Positions 48,388 through 58,595 of a stretch of DNA of 64,000 nt are shown one piece after another (positions within the stretch are counted from its first letter, which is position 1; each line of letters opens with the position of its first letter). The position numbers were made by a program, and so were the translations under genes. Under the pieces are notes generated by a model. The model did no database searches and was not told where the DNA came from. It saw only the letters and a list, made by a program, of their open reading frames with translations. The DNA is from Thermoproteota archaeon (GTDB taxonomy: Archaea > Korarchaeota > Korarchaeia > Korarchaeales > Korarchaeaceae), in the NCBI GenBank assembly GCA_026986575.1, contig JALSOH010000004.1:819082-883081 (forward strand), in the 5' to 3' direction.

Positions 48388-48740
48388 GCTTTCACCGTAT
48401 TACTCATCATATATGTAATATAAGTGTTACTAATGTTCCACTGTTCCATTAATCGATTTTATGGCTACACTTCAGCCATCGCCATACCGCCTAGAGCCCC
48501 TAGCCGTCCCAAGCATCTAGGGCGCTCAGCACAGGAATCGCGCGATCATAGGGGTGGGCCGAGCTGGCAGAGTACCTTCCGTAAAGGCCCAATTAACCAC
48601 AGGACCTTTTGCTCCATGTTCCCGAGTAAAGGAGCTCAATCCCCTCGCTGATATAGGAGGATCGCTCATCCAGTGGTGAAGGGCTCCCCGTCACAAACAC
48701 TAAGCCATATATACTGTAATTGCTTGATGCTATAGATACT

Positions 48741-49010
48741 ATGTCTACCACAATCCAAGTGAGCAGGAGGACGAAAAGGGAGCTCGTTAAGTTCGTGTCC
48801 GAGCTTCAGTTGAAGCTCGGGAGGAGAGTGAGCTTCGACGAGGCGATTCTAACGCTGTTGAGGGAGAGGAAGAGATCGTACTCGGCGAGAAGGGAACTGA
48901 GAACCTTCAAGGGCATACTGTCAAGGGAGAAGGATGAAGTGAGGAGGGTCATGGAGGAGCTGAGGAGGGAGGAGGAGAGGAGACTTGAAATGCTCGGAAC
49001 TACCGAGTAG
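48741..49010 (+). CDS. vapB: VapB-type antitoxin
   Basis: TTIQVSRRTK.EL..VSFDEAI..L; overlaps the PIN gene. Confidence 0.78.
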   Translation: MSTTIQVSRRTKRELVKFVSELQLKLGRRVSFDEAILTLLRERKRSYSARRELRTFKGILSREKDEVRRVMEELRREEERRLEMLGTTE

Positions 49011-49435
49011 GCTAGCTATCGATTCCAGCGTGGTCCTGACATACCTCTTGGGGGAGTCCTTGGCTGATCTGGTCGAGGAGTGCATCCTCTTCTCCGACAG
49101 GGAGGTGTACCTTCCCAGCACTGCCCTAGCTGAGATATACTACGTGACCTGTCGGCTCAAGGGGAGGGAGGTGGCACGGAGGCTGGTCAGGACCTTGAAG
49201 GATAGCGAGACCGTGGAGATCGTCTCCGGCTTGGATGAGGTAGTGGGGGAGCTCAAATGCGACAGGGCCATCTCTTTAGCGGACTGCTACGTGATAGCCC
49301 TGGCCAGAACCATGGGTGCAGGCGGCTGTGTTCGCCAAGAGGGAGAAGGAGCTCGTCAGGGAGATGGAGAGGGTGTCCTTCAATGTAAATCTGCTGTTTT
49401 TGGAGGATTTAGGTGATGATACGCTCACCCGCTAG
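48985..49435 (+). CDS. vapC: PIN domain toxin, frameshift near 49322
   Basis: AIDSSV, LAE, SLADCYVIALA; the alternate frame continues AVFAKREKEL. Confidence 0.82.
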
Positions 49436-49456
49436 AGTGAGAGCGGATGTCATCAC
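49413..49456. repeat. Imperfect 44-bp inverted repeat at the end of vapC
   Basis: GTGATGA..CGCTC / GAGCG..TCATCAC. Confidence 0.4.
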
Positions 49457-49639
49457 GTCTCCACGAAGCTCCTCAGATAACTGATGTCGGAGAACCGCGC
49501 TGCGACGCCCAAGTCATTCGGAAATACCCGAGCACATCCTTTTGGACGTCTTAAATTAAGGTATGCCGCGCTGTACGGGCCTTGAGATACAGTCAACGAA
49601 TTAAGATGCGCGAGCCCCACTGATCGTGAGGTATGGGGG

Positions 49640-50146
49640 GTGCCGATACAGGAGCTCCTAGGTAAACCTGTGGTTGTGAACTTTCTCACCTCCGGCGGGG
49701 AGGTCATAGCCTATTCCTGGCACTACTCGGAGGAGAAGTCGATGAGACATCTGAGGAGCATAATGAGATATCACTCCCTGTCAGGGGAGTTAAGGAGATC
49801 ACCGGACTTGGAAGAGTGGCTTGAGAGCAACCTCAGGACTGTCCTGATCGAGGGAGGGTCCTTCGAGCTCCCGGATGTGGTGTACTGGAGGAGAGAGGTA
49901 TACGAGGAGCTCCTCAAGCTGAGGTGCGGTGAGACCATGACCTACAGCGAGCTATCCAAGAGGACCGGGGTCAAGTATGTCGAGGTTCTGGCGGCCCTTA
50001 TGAGGAACCCCTTCCAAGTCCTAATTCCTTGTCACCGCCTGTTGACCAAGAGGGGGACCCTGATGGGTTTCTATCCCCTGGGAGGGGAGGTGAAGAGAAG
50101 GCTCCTGGAAATAGAGAGGAGGTCCTGCTCACACCGTGAACCTTAA
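49640..50146 (+). CDS. ogt: Methylated-DNA--protein-cysteine methyltransferase
   Basis: GETMTYSEL, NPFQVLIPCHR, KRRLLEIE. Confidence 0.9.
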   Translation: MPIQELLGKPVVVNFLTSGGEVIAYSWHYSEEKSMRHLRSIMRYHSLSGELRRSPDLEEWLESNLRTVLIEGGSFELPDVVYWRREVYEELLKLRCGETMTYSELSKRTGVKYVEVLAALMRNPFQVLIPCHRLLTKRGTLMGFYPLGGEVKRRLLEIERRSCSHREP

Positions 50147-50550
50147 CCCGCTGAAAGCACTTATTACCGATTGAAGCGTCGAGGATGGAACGGATAGGTG
50201 ATGACCCACCCATCGGCCCTCCGAAGTGTTCGGTCCATAGAGGAGACCTACGAGCACCCCACTCGAGCTCCCCGTGTGACCGCTGATCCCCCGGCCTTGA
50301 AGCCCACCGCGGTCAGAGCGCGAGCACGGGATCGGTGTCCGGGCATAGCACTTGCTCCATCCTCCAGTGGCAGATGCAAGTAGCCACCACGATCGCATCC
50401 GGTCGCAAGCCGTCAATCAGCTCCTGATTCCGCGGGCTGTGGATGAGGACCTTCGGTCGCGGAAGGGTTGGCCGATCCCCTCCCTCTCCTCAGCCGCGTA
50501 CAGTCCGGAAATCGTTTTAAGTGATGTCCGATCCCGAGGGGAGTACTCCA

Positions 50551-50949
50551 ATGGTCTGGAAGAGGGTTAGGGTTAATGGGCTGGCCTTCGGGATGAGGGA
50601 TCTCATCCTCGGCCTCGTGATCACGTTTGCGGGCTTCTATTTTCAGATCCCCTACGTCGCGGTGTTCGGACTCACCGGCGTCGCCGTTGGCTTCGCAGAA
50701 TCCCGGCTGTACAGGGTATACGTGGCTGGCGATGAGGTGGTGGTGAGCACCATCAGGGGGGACATGTCCATGAGGATAGGGGACATCTCGGAGGTGATCG
50801 AGGAGAGGAGTGCGCTGCGCTTTCTAGGCAGGAAATACGTACTTGTAGACCGTGGAGGAAGGAGGATGCCCATAGTCGGTGTTGGAGACGATCTGATAGA
50901 GCTTCTACAGTCGATGAGAGACAATCTGGGGGATAAGAGGGCGATCTGA
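50551..50949 (+). CDS. 2-TM protein with bacterial PH-like domain
   Basis: Two TMs followed by a beta-rich segment (..IGDISEV..). Confidence 0.55.
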   Translation: MVWKRVRVNGLAFGMRDLILGLVITFAGFYFQIPYVAVFGLTGVAVGFAESRLYRVYVAGDEVVVSTIRGDMSMRIGDISEVIEERSALRFLGRKYVLVDRGGRRMPIVGVGDDLIELLQSMRDNLGDKRAI

Positions 50950-51177
50950 TCTGTCGCAGGGCGAGCCGTGCAGCCAGCTGGCAATTCCATCTCCATCCTC
51001 TTAAGGGTGCACGACCTCCACAGACTCCACTCCCAGCCAAGGGGGGATGGCGTTCACCCATCGTGAGGTCTTCGAGTACCCTCTAGCTGGGAGATCTGCA
51101 CTGCTCTCCCGAACTCCCCCTAGGCGATCGAATCGATCGGTCTAAACCCATCAGAGGTTCTTCCCAACCAAGCGCGC

Positions 51178-51402
51178 CTATTCATTTCTCGAATCCTTCC
51201 TCAACCCCAGCCTACTGCACAGCAGCCTCATCACGGAAAATATGATGATAGCGGCCCAGGCGGCCACCACGAGATAGGCGACGAGCTTCACAGGGTTCAG
51301 CAGGAGCGTCCACTCGAATTCCATCACTAGGGCTTCCATCAGGAACAGGAAGGTAACTAAGATCACGGAGAGCAACCAGACCCTGGCCCCTTCAACCATC
51401 AT
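51178..51402 (-). CDS. Small 2-TM membrane protein
   Basis: Two hydrophobic helices; AT-rich promoter-like region upstream. Confidence 0.55.
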   Translation of the reverse strand: MMVEGARVWLLSVILVTFLFLMEALVMEFEWTLLLNPVKLVAYLVVAAWAAIIIFSVMRLLCSRLGLRKDSRNE

Positions 51403-51514
51403 CGATTTACTGCGTTAATATAATGTAAATATTTTCTTTATGCTTCCATTAGTTAAATATATGTGAGGCAATAAAGGAGTTAAAGGATTAAAAGGGACCC
51501 CATTTGCCTTTGAG

Positions 51515-52019
51515 TGCAGCCAAATGATGGAGCTGGGACGAGCTCCTCAGGGATCTCCTGTCTCTCTACAGACTCCATAAGATGAAACACTCTAGGAAAA
51601 GGTTGAGGGAACTGCTGGAGCTGGACTACGAGGAGGTCAGGGTGAGGGGATGGGCGAGGGAATATTAGCGGACACAGAATACCTTATCGAGTACGTGAGG
51701 GGCAGGAGAGCTGCCACCGTCGGACATCCACTACGTATCAGAGATAACGGTGTACGAGTTCATCAGGGGTACCAGGGATCCAGAAGAGGTCAAGAAGATG
51801 CTGGAGGAGATGTTCCCCGTGATATGGGCTGACAACGAGATCTTGGGAATGTCCACCGAGATATGGAGGGACATGAGGGAGGAGGGGAAGCCCCTAGACG
51901 ACAGGGACATGGTGATCGGGGCTACCGCGATCGTGAAGGGACCGAAACTCCTCACCCTCAACGAAAGACACTTCGAGAGGCTCCGGAGGTACGGCCTTCG
52001 GATCACGAGGCTATATTGA
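51515..52019 (+). pseudogene. Disrupted VapBC module (5'-truncated antitoxin plus frameshifted PIN), similar to 34748-35345
   Basis: SWDELLRDL..EVRVRGWAREY; ILADTEYLI / YEFIRG..DDRDMVIGATA..TLNERHF. Confidence 0.75.
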
Positions 52020-52301
52020 TCCTCATCTCATCTGGGATCGAAACTCCCTGCAGTAGCGCTATCTATACAGGACGCGGGATCCGTCTCAGATAAGTACCGT
52101 GCCGTGGATCCGTGACCAAAATAACATCGGATGGAACTGTTGCTGGCTCAGGGACCACTCCACCGCCCCAGACGATCTGGGTAAGGAATATCTCTCCCAC
52201 CTCCCGTGGGAGCGATAGAGAGAACAGCCCTCCCTCGAGATCCCGGGCACGATCTCTCAGCATCGTGAGAGGATTTAGATCAACCTAATATGCCTCTATC
52301 T

Positions 52302-52694
52302 TCAGCCTTCAATAAGTGAGAAGTGCTTGATGTCCCTAGTGACCAGAGTCAGGCTCCTTGAAAGGGCTGTGGCGGCGATCACCACATCTGGATACCCTAT
52401 CGGGGTTCCCGACCTCATCAATCTGGCGTCGATCTCGGCCGCGACCTCAGCTATCACCTCATCGAAGGGAATGATCTCGAACCTCCTCAGGTCTTCTCTG
52501 GCCTCCTTAAGCTTGTTCCGAAGCTCTCTCCTGCCCCAGTAGAGGTAGTACACCCCTCCTGAGGTACTCACGTACGGTTATCACCGAAATGGCCACGAGA
52601 GAAGCTCCTTCATCAGCCCCCCAGCCTTCTCAACCGCTCCTTCATCGCCGGAGATGAGATCTATGAGGAACGAGGTATCGCACAGGTATCTCAA
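52302..52694 (-). pseudogene. vapC: PIN domain toxin, frameshifted
   Basis: MRYLCDTSFLID..AISVIT / GYPDVVIAATA..VTRDIKHF. Confidence 0.8.
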
Positions 52695-52933
52695 CCTTTC
52701 ACCCCGAGCAGGAGGTCCCTCCTCCTCTCAGTGAGTTCGCGCTGGGCCCTGAATGCCCTCTCCACCTCAAGCCATTCCTCCCTGGTCACGGTCTTCTTTC
52801 CAGCTAAATCTGAAATTTTGGGCCTTCTACACTCTATCAGTTTCCTTACGACGTCGCTGAAGCTCTCTCCAGGCTTTTTCTCCTTCTTGAGGGCTTCATA
52901 GACGTCATCCGATATCATTATCGTTTTTGGCAT
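52691..52933 (-). CDS. vapB: VapB-type antitoxin (DUF217-like)
   Basis: KTIMISDDVYEALKKEK..GESFSDVV. Confidence 0.9.
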   Translation of the reverse strand: MPKTIMISDDVYEALKKEKKPGESFSDVVRKLIECRRPKISDLAGKKTVTREEWLEVERAFRAQRELTERRRDLLLGVKG

Positions 52934-53182
52934 CAATTCCTGTATATTAGGAGTGTGTATATTAATCGTCCGGTCAGGCTCGACGGCCCATGCTTTCAAA
53001 GGGAATCGCGACTGCGAGTAGAGGGAGTCCCTCCAAGAGATGGGGGTTCGTATCTAAAGGTCTCCCCGAGGGATGGGGAAATTCAGACATCTGGACTTCA
53101 GGTAAGAGCGGGAGATCCACACCCTCCGCCGAAGAAAAAAGCAATGAAATATTTATTTACTTACATACATGCTTCTTCTCGT

Positions 53183-53530
53183 ATGGGGACGCTCACCATC
53201 AGGATCAACGACGATACGGAGCGGGCCCTCAGGAGGAGAGCCGCCCAGCTCTACGGGGCAAGGAGGGGCGCTCTATCGAGGGCTATAGAGGAGGCCATAA
53301 GGGCTTGGCTCGCGTCCACTCCTGACAAAGAGCGCACGATGGAAAGAAGGATATACAGGGCCTTCAAGGGAGGGAGACTGGTCGCCGAGGCCTCTACCCT
53401 GGAAGAGCTGGCCGACAGGCTCAGGAAAATGGGGGAGTCCGTGAGGGGAATCAGGATAGTGAGGGAACCCGCTCCCTCCAAGGAGAGGAGGCTGGGGCTG
53501 AGAACCCGCGAGAGGAGGGCGATCACTTGA
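53183..53530 (+). CDS. Ribbon-helix-helix protein with C-terminal extension
   Basis: TLTIRINDD.ER.LR..GALSRAIEEAI..W; coupled to the protease gene. Confidence 0.8.
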   Translation: MGTLTIRINDDTERALRRRAAQLYGARRGALSRAIEEAIRAWLASTPDKERTMERRIYRAFKGGRLVAEASTLEELADRLRKMGESVRGIRIVREPAPSKERRLGLRTRERRAIT

Positions 53531-53937
53531 CTGGCCTGAGGCTCCCCTTGAGGGAGTCCATCCTCGTCCCGGTGATCATCGAGAGCCCCCTGACTGGTGA
53601 GAGGTATCCGGATGGGGGAAAAGAGGTGCTCGCGGTGCTGGACACGGGCTACACTGGTTTCGCGCTCATTCCCGAGGATGTGTTCGAGGCGCTGGGATTG
53701 GAGCAGCTGGAACCTGTGAGGAGCACGGCGAAAACGGCCGATGGAAGGGAGATAGAGCTGAGGGGGAATTATGCGGTGATCGAGATTCCTGATCTCGGAT
53801 TGAGGGAAGAGGGGCTTGTAGAAACCGCTCCAGATTTGGAAGAGATCCTGTTGGGAGTGGAGTGGCTGAATGAGGTGGATTTGGTGGTGGATGGGTGCTC
53901 AGGCGTCGCTGTGATGGAGGCATGCGCTAATGGTTGA
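53527..53937 (+). CDS. Single-domain clan AA (retropepsin-like) aspartic protease
   Basis: AVLDTGYTG, TADG, ILLG. Confidence 0.88.
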   Translation: MTGLRLPLRESILVPVIIESPLTGERYPDGGKEVLAVLDTGYTGFALIPEDVFEALGLEQLEPVRSTAKTADGREIELRGNYAVIEIPDLGLREEGLVETAPDLEEILLGVEWLNEVDLVVDGCSGVAVMEACANG

Positions 53938-54417
53938 CAATAGCAGCTAAAAGTGAAAAAAGTATTTAACCTATTTCCCTCCTATCTCGCATGTATACGC
54001 GTGAAATGATCTATAACATGAAGCCCTTACACCCGATGGGGAAGTACAGATTCATATCCATCGGGATCAAATCCTTCACCAGAATGTTGGAGGATCTGAT
54101 TATGGCGGATCTGAGAAGGAGTTAGGACAGGAGAAGGCTCTGACAATGGGTTGGGTACCGGATATTTTGCGGAGAACTCTCCAGACTTACTGGATCCGAT
54201 GACAGAACCACTGGGTACAGTGCTCGTCAGCGGGTATAGGTGATGTCCGGTTAGGAGATTGGGGAGAGGGCCTTCGACCGGAGGAAGCGTATGAGAACCA
54301 TTAGACAAGGTCAAGGGGAAAGGGATAGATCGGAACGGTGAAAGAATCCTCCCAAGAATAGAATCGACGGAAGCGAAGTGACAATTTCAGGGGGATCATC
54401 CTTCCTTCTTTTATTCC

Positions 54418-54816
54418 CTAAGTTATCTCATCTAGGCTCACTACATCGATGAGTCTCTCCGCCCTCCCCCTCAACTTCCTGTCCTCGGTCACGAGGGTCA
54501 AACCCATCCGCTCAGCCAGAAATACGTAGGAAGCATCGTACGCCGATATCCCAAGCCTGTCGGCGATGGTCAGCACCTCTCCCTCATGGGGGTGAGGCGT
54601 GAGCAGCCTCATGAACTCCACGGTCCGTACAAAGAACTCTATTATCCTCTCAGCCTCGGACAGGCTCATAGTTCCAAGTAGCGAGGCTTCCTTCCATAGA
54701 GCATTGGTGACCTCGTATATAGTGAGCCACCGGATGTAATTGTAGAGTATTCTCGGGTTCTTGAGCTTCAGGGCGTATAGGAGGGAGGAGGCATCGAAGA
54801 GGAGCCTCCCATTCAC
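54418..54816 (-). CDS. vapC: PIN domain toxin
   Basis: LFDASS, YEVTNALWK, YDASY, VTED. Confidence 0.92.
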   Translation of the reverse strand: MNGRLLFDASSLLYALKLKNPRILYNYIRWLTIYEVTNALWKEASLLGTMSLSEAERIIEFFVRTVEFMRLLTPHPHEGEVLTIADRLGISAYDASYVFLAERMGLTLVTEDRKLRGRAERLIDVVSLDEIT

Positions 54817-54822
54817 TTGGAC

Positions 54823-55053
54823 CTACCTGCCCTCCCTGTCCTCCCTGATGGCTTGAACTATCCTATCGACATCTATCTCCTCCAAGATCCCGCTAGACTC
54901 CTTGAGCTCCTTCTCCAGTTCCTCCAACTTCCGCTTCCTGACTTCCTCCTCAAGAGCGCGCCTCAGTACCTCGGATATCCTGGTCCCCAGCCTCTCCGCC
55001 TCTTCTTTGAGCTCCTTCCTGACCTTGGTCGAGACCGTTATATACCTGCCCAT
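54823..55053 (-). CDS. vapB: VapB-type antitoxin
   Basis: TVSTKVRKELKEEAE..SEVLRRALEEE..IREDRE. Confidence 0.88.
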   Translation of the reverse strand: MGRYITVSTKVRKELKEEAERLGTRISEVLRRALEEEVRKRKLEELEKELKESSGILEEIDVDRIVQAIREDREGR

Positions 55054-55331
55054 ATTGACCACCAAACAGGAAGTTATTAAAGGGTTTACCGTCGCCGCCT
55101 CGCGCTCATACTCCTTGGACCTACCTTTACTCTTACGGACGATACCGTCATCGTGGCTGGAAGGCTGAGTTTCTCGTCCAAGAAGCTTGATTACACACAC
55201 TTCCATGGTCTTAGGCTCCTTCACATAGCTATGTGATCCCTCACTTGGTGAATTTGGTGGACAGGTGCTCAAGAGAAGTTTTGGTGAGTACGTCGTTGAT
55301 CCATAGGGGTGCCGATATCATTGAGTCTCGA

Positions 55332-55775
55332 CTAAGAAACCCTTATATCACAGAGGAATCCAGCTTCATTCCATAGGATGTCAGGCAATTCTTCCTCATC
55401 TAAGCCTAGAGATCGAGAGCTGCGTTTCAGGTAATTGCTGGCCACCTTGTCTATCCCAACGAACAGGCTCGTATTGTAGTAGATCAGAACCTCAATGAAA
55501 CCTCCCCGAGGATCGATAACTGATAAGAGATTCCTCGCTGAGTAGTACTGCAGGCCAGCGTGGGCAGTTAAGTTCCTTATGAGAGGAATCAGCTCTCCTG
55601 GATCTATAATTTGACTATCTGGGTGCTTGGCCAGTTCTGAGAGCTCCTCCGCTTTGAGAACGTTGCCAATCCGGTTCTTATTTCTCCCCCTCCCAGCCGC
55701 ATATTCGGGGAGCGCTTTTCTGAGCCCTTCGCGCGCGTCCTCCCCTAGCACAGAAACTAGGCGAGGGTTTTGCAT
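55332..55775 (-). pseudogene. C-terminal HEPN remnant of a Csx1/Csm6-like CRISPR ancillary RNase
   Basis: IRNLTAHAGL matches the Csx1-type RNxxAH(A/S)G motif; no CARF domain upstream; cas genes nearby. Confidence 0.55.
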
Positions 55776-56066
55776 AGGTCTTTGGAGTGTCAATAGTATC
55801 TTTATATTGCTGCTAATCCCGCACCCGGGCTCTTCTACGTAATGTGAAGGGCTCTTTCTTGTGCCGATCTCGCGCGATGGCTCTCTTTCTCGCGCGTTTT
55901 CCGTTATCAACCAAGGTTCTCTTACTAGTAGTTCCGCCGGAACTGTTACCCTAGCGGATGAACAGCCTCTATCCTTCCGCTTTACATTAAAGAATAAGAT
56001 CCTCTTACCTCCGCTTCCGATCGACTCGAGCAGATTTTTTATCTCGTAACCCCCTACTGAACCGGA

Positions 56067-56722
56067 ATGATTGACATCAAGGAGGAGATGCTGAAACTCT
56101 TGGAGGAGGACGAGGTGTTCCGCTACGCCGTAGCCGGGAAGCTCGGGATACTCGAGGTACTGAAGAGGCTCGACGGGATAGAGAGGAACATCGAGAGGTT
56201 GTGGCAGGAGGTGAAAGAGCTCAGGAAGGAGGCGGGCGATCTTAAGACCGAGGTGAAGGGTCTGAGGGGAGAGGTCTCCTCCCTGAGAGTGGACGTGGTC
56301 AACAGGATAACCGCGCTCGGGGCCAGATGGGGCTCATGAACGAGGAAGCCTACAGGAAGGGAGTTGAGGCTCTTCTGAGGGATGAGGGCTTCGATGTGGA
56401 GAGGTGGGAGTACTATGACGAGGATGGTTACATCTACGGTTATCCCAGCAAGGTGAACTTGGACGTGGTGGTGAGGGATGGCAAGGTGCTCGTCCTGGAC
56501 ATCACCGCCCACTTCAGGAGGAGCGATCTCCAACCCCTCAGGAGGAGGGTGGAGCTTTTCGAGAGGGCTACTGGTAGGAAGGTGGATCGGGTTATAGTTG
56601 TTTCGCCCTTCGTGGACGATGAGGTCAGGAGGATACTTGTGGAGATGGGTTACGAGGTGGCCAGCGGATCTCCACGCGTGATGAAGGAAAAAAGAGGCTC
56701 CAAGGTTCTGAATCGGAGTTAG
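56067..56722 (+). CDS. Coiled-coil plus PD-(D/E)xK nuclease-like protein (DUF3782-like), frameshift in a G-run near 56330
   Basis: EDEVFRYAVAG.LG, heptads, LGARWG/LMNE, D.DG..YGYPS.V.LD. Confidence 0.8.
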
Positions 56723-56792
56723 GCCCTCTCCAGTGGAATTCTTTTCCTTAACGAGGCAAAGAAGATAATAATTGTGAATCAAGGGCGTAGAG

Positions 56793-57978
56793 TTATCGGA
56801 CGATTCTGCTGTTGTATCGCGCGCGAACTTCCTTTAACGTGATCAGGAGTTCCTCTAGTGACCCCTCCCATCTAAACGTCTGTCTCCCCTCATCCCACAG
56901 TTCCTCGGGCAGTAGCCAGGCCGGGTGGATGTCCATCACATCCTCCGCCAGCTCGACTTCATCCCCGTATATGGCCCTTATTCCCCTGACCAGATCACTC
57001 TTCAACTCTCTAGTCGAGAAGGTCAGAGCTAGACAGTAACTTCTCCTTCCCTCTACGTTGTTCACCGCAGTGGTTGTGACCGATGACAGTGTGGAGGCGA
57101 GCCTTTCAGCCTCCTTGCTGGTGCAGGACAGCCTGAAGAGCACGACCTCGTATCCCATAGGCAATTCCACCATGTAGTAGTTCCCTATTATTCCTGAGGA
57201 CCGGAGCTTTCCAAGCCTTTGCTTCGCCGATCTGATCCCTTTTCTCCTGAGAGAGGAGCTGGTGGCCCTTCCTTCCCTCATTATGTGGTTCAACACTCTG
57301 ATGTCCCTCTTAGAGAGCCTTATGGGAGGAGGTTCAGGTTCAACGGGGGTGAAGAGGTCCGAAGCCTCGGAGCTGAAATAGGCCCTGACCATAACAGTGA
57401 GGGGGTTTCTCGAGGGTGTGAAGTTGAACCTCTGAATGGTCCTCCTCACGATTCCCAGCTCGACTCCGACCTTCTGGAGCCTGAGCAGATCGCCGAGCGA
57501 GGAACGGGGCTATCACGGTCGTCAGACCTAGCTTCCAGAGTTTCACGTTTTCAGGCCCGAATATGTATCCCATAGCCCTGAGCTTCCTCAGGGATCTGGA
57601 GATGGAGGCCTCGCTCACCCTAGCCTTCTCTTTGATTTCCTTAGTGTTCGCGTATGGATTCGTCGACAGCACCTCGATTATCCTCTTCTCCACGTCGGTG
57701 AGCTTAAGTTCCCTCCCAAAGAACCTGTTCAACGCGTAAAGGTATAAAGGGAGGGTAAGCTGTCCCCTGCTGGCCGAGGCCTTGACGTAGAGGAGGGCAT
57801 CTCTGATCACCCTCGACTTGGATCCCGGTGTGAGGAACGAGAAGAGCGTGACGGGATCGTAGTTATCGAAGGGCCTAGGGGCCCTCACCCTGACCGTTTC
57901 CCATACCTCTCCTGGGACCCCGGAGTAGGCCCACGCCAGATCGTGCACCTAGGGATCGTCATCAGCCTCCACAGGACA
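56793..57978 (-). pseudogene. Family B copy 3: 5'-truncated, in-frame TAG, internal deletion with frameshift
   Basis: DP*VHDLAWAYS, PFDNYDP, GPENV..KLGLTT, LAED..DI.P.W.LP..LWDE match 39715-42788; the FWRFPYT..AYLSYP block is missing. Confidence 0.85.
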
Positions 57979-58341
57979 TGGAATCATTTCTTGGGTCCCA
58001 TGGAGGACGAGCTGGAGAGGGAGGAGTTCCATCGGTGGCTGGAATCTTGGGGTATCGTCGTATCCGGCCACAGGATCGAGACCATAAAGATCGATGACGG
58101 CGAGAAGTTCGAGGTCGGATTTGTTGACTGGGCCAATTTCTCGGCCAACCCGGCTTATGAGGATCCCGTCTTCCTGAGGAAGGTGGATGCCCTGCTCAAG
58201 CTGGGTGAGGTGGTTAACGTGGGTGGGCTGAGGTCGAAGGGATTCGGGATGATCTCCTACAGGAGGCAAGATCGACCGAAAAGTGAGAAGAGAGCCACCA
58301 AGATCAATGTCATAGGAGGGATCAAATCCCCATTGCAGTGA
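57964..58341 (+). pseudogene. cas6: 3' half of a Cas6 gene
   Basis: SL.R.WN.F, VGF, glycine loop GEVVNVGGLRSKGFG; N-terminal half absent. Confidence 0.8.
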
Positions 58342-58377
58342 GGAGGGGCCCGGACGCCTCGAGCAGTAATTTCTCGG

Positions 58378-58550
58378 TTTTTGATCGGTTGATGTAAGTA
58401 ATGACCGATCTGCTTTATTTTCAGGCGGGGTTGAGGGGGCTGGGATGCCCTTGTCATCTCCCCGCCGCGCCTTTAAGGATCTGGGGACCAGAGGCTTGAC
58501 AACCCCCTCCTTCCCAGCCCCTTTACAGTGGGGAGTTTGTCGATCAAAAA
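58378..58550. other. Non-coding element rich in inverted repeats (structured RNA, MITE or CRISPR-leader relic)
   Basis: TTTTTGATCG/CGATCAAAAA ends; GGGGCTGGGA/TCCCAGCCCC; GGCGGGG/CCCCGCC; GATCGGT/ACCGATC. Confidence 0.45.
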
Positions 58551-58595
58551 GGTGATGCTCCCGTGCTAGAAGCAAGAGTTCTCGACCATTCCCCT

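Noticed and set aside
50190-50500. Minus-strand remnant (GFKAGG..SGVLVGLLYG) reminiscent of a C-GCAxxG-C-C redox protein
   Set aside because: Too fragmented, with the diagnostic cysteines absent, to support a call
58345-58366. GGCCCGGA..GAGCAG resembling SRP RNA helix 8
   Set aside because: Lacks the GGAA tetraloop closure and the rest of the SRP fold
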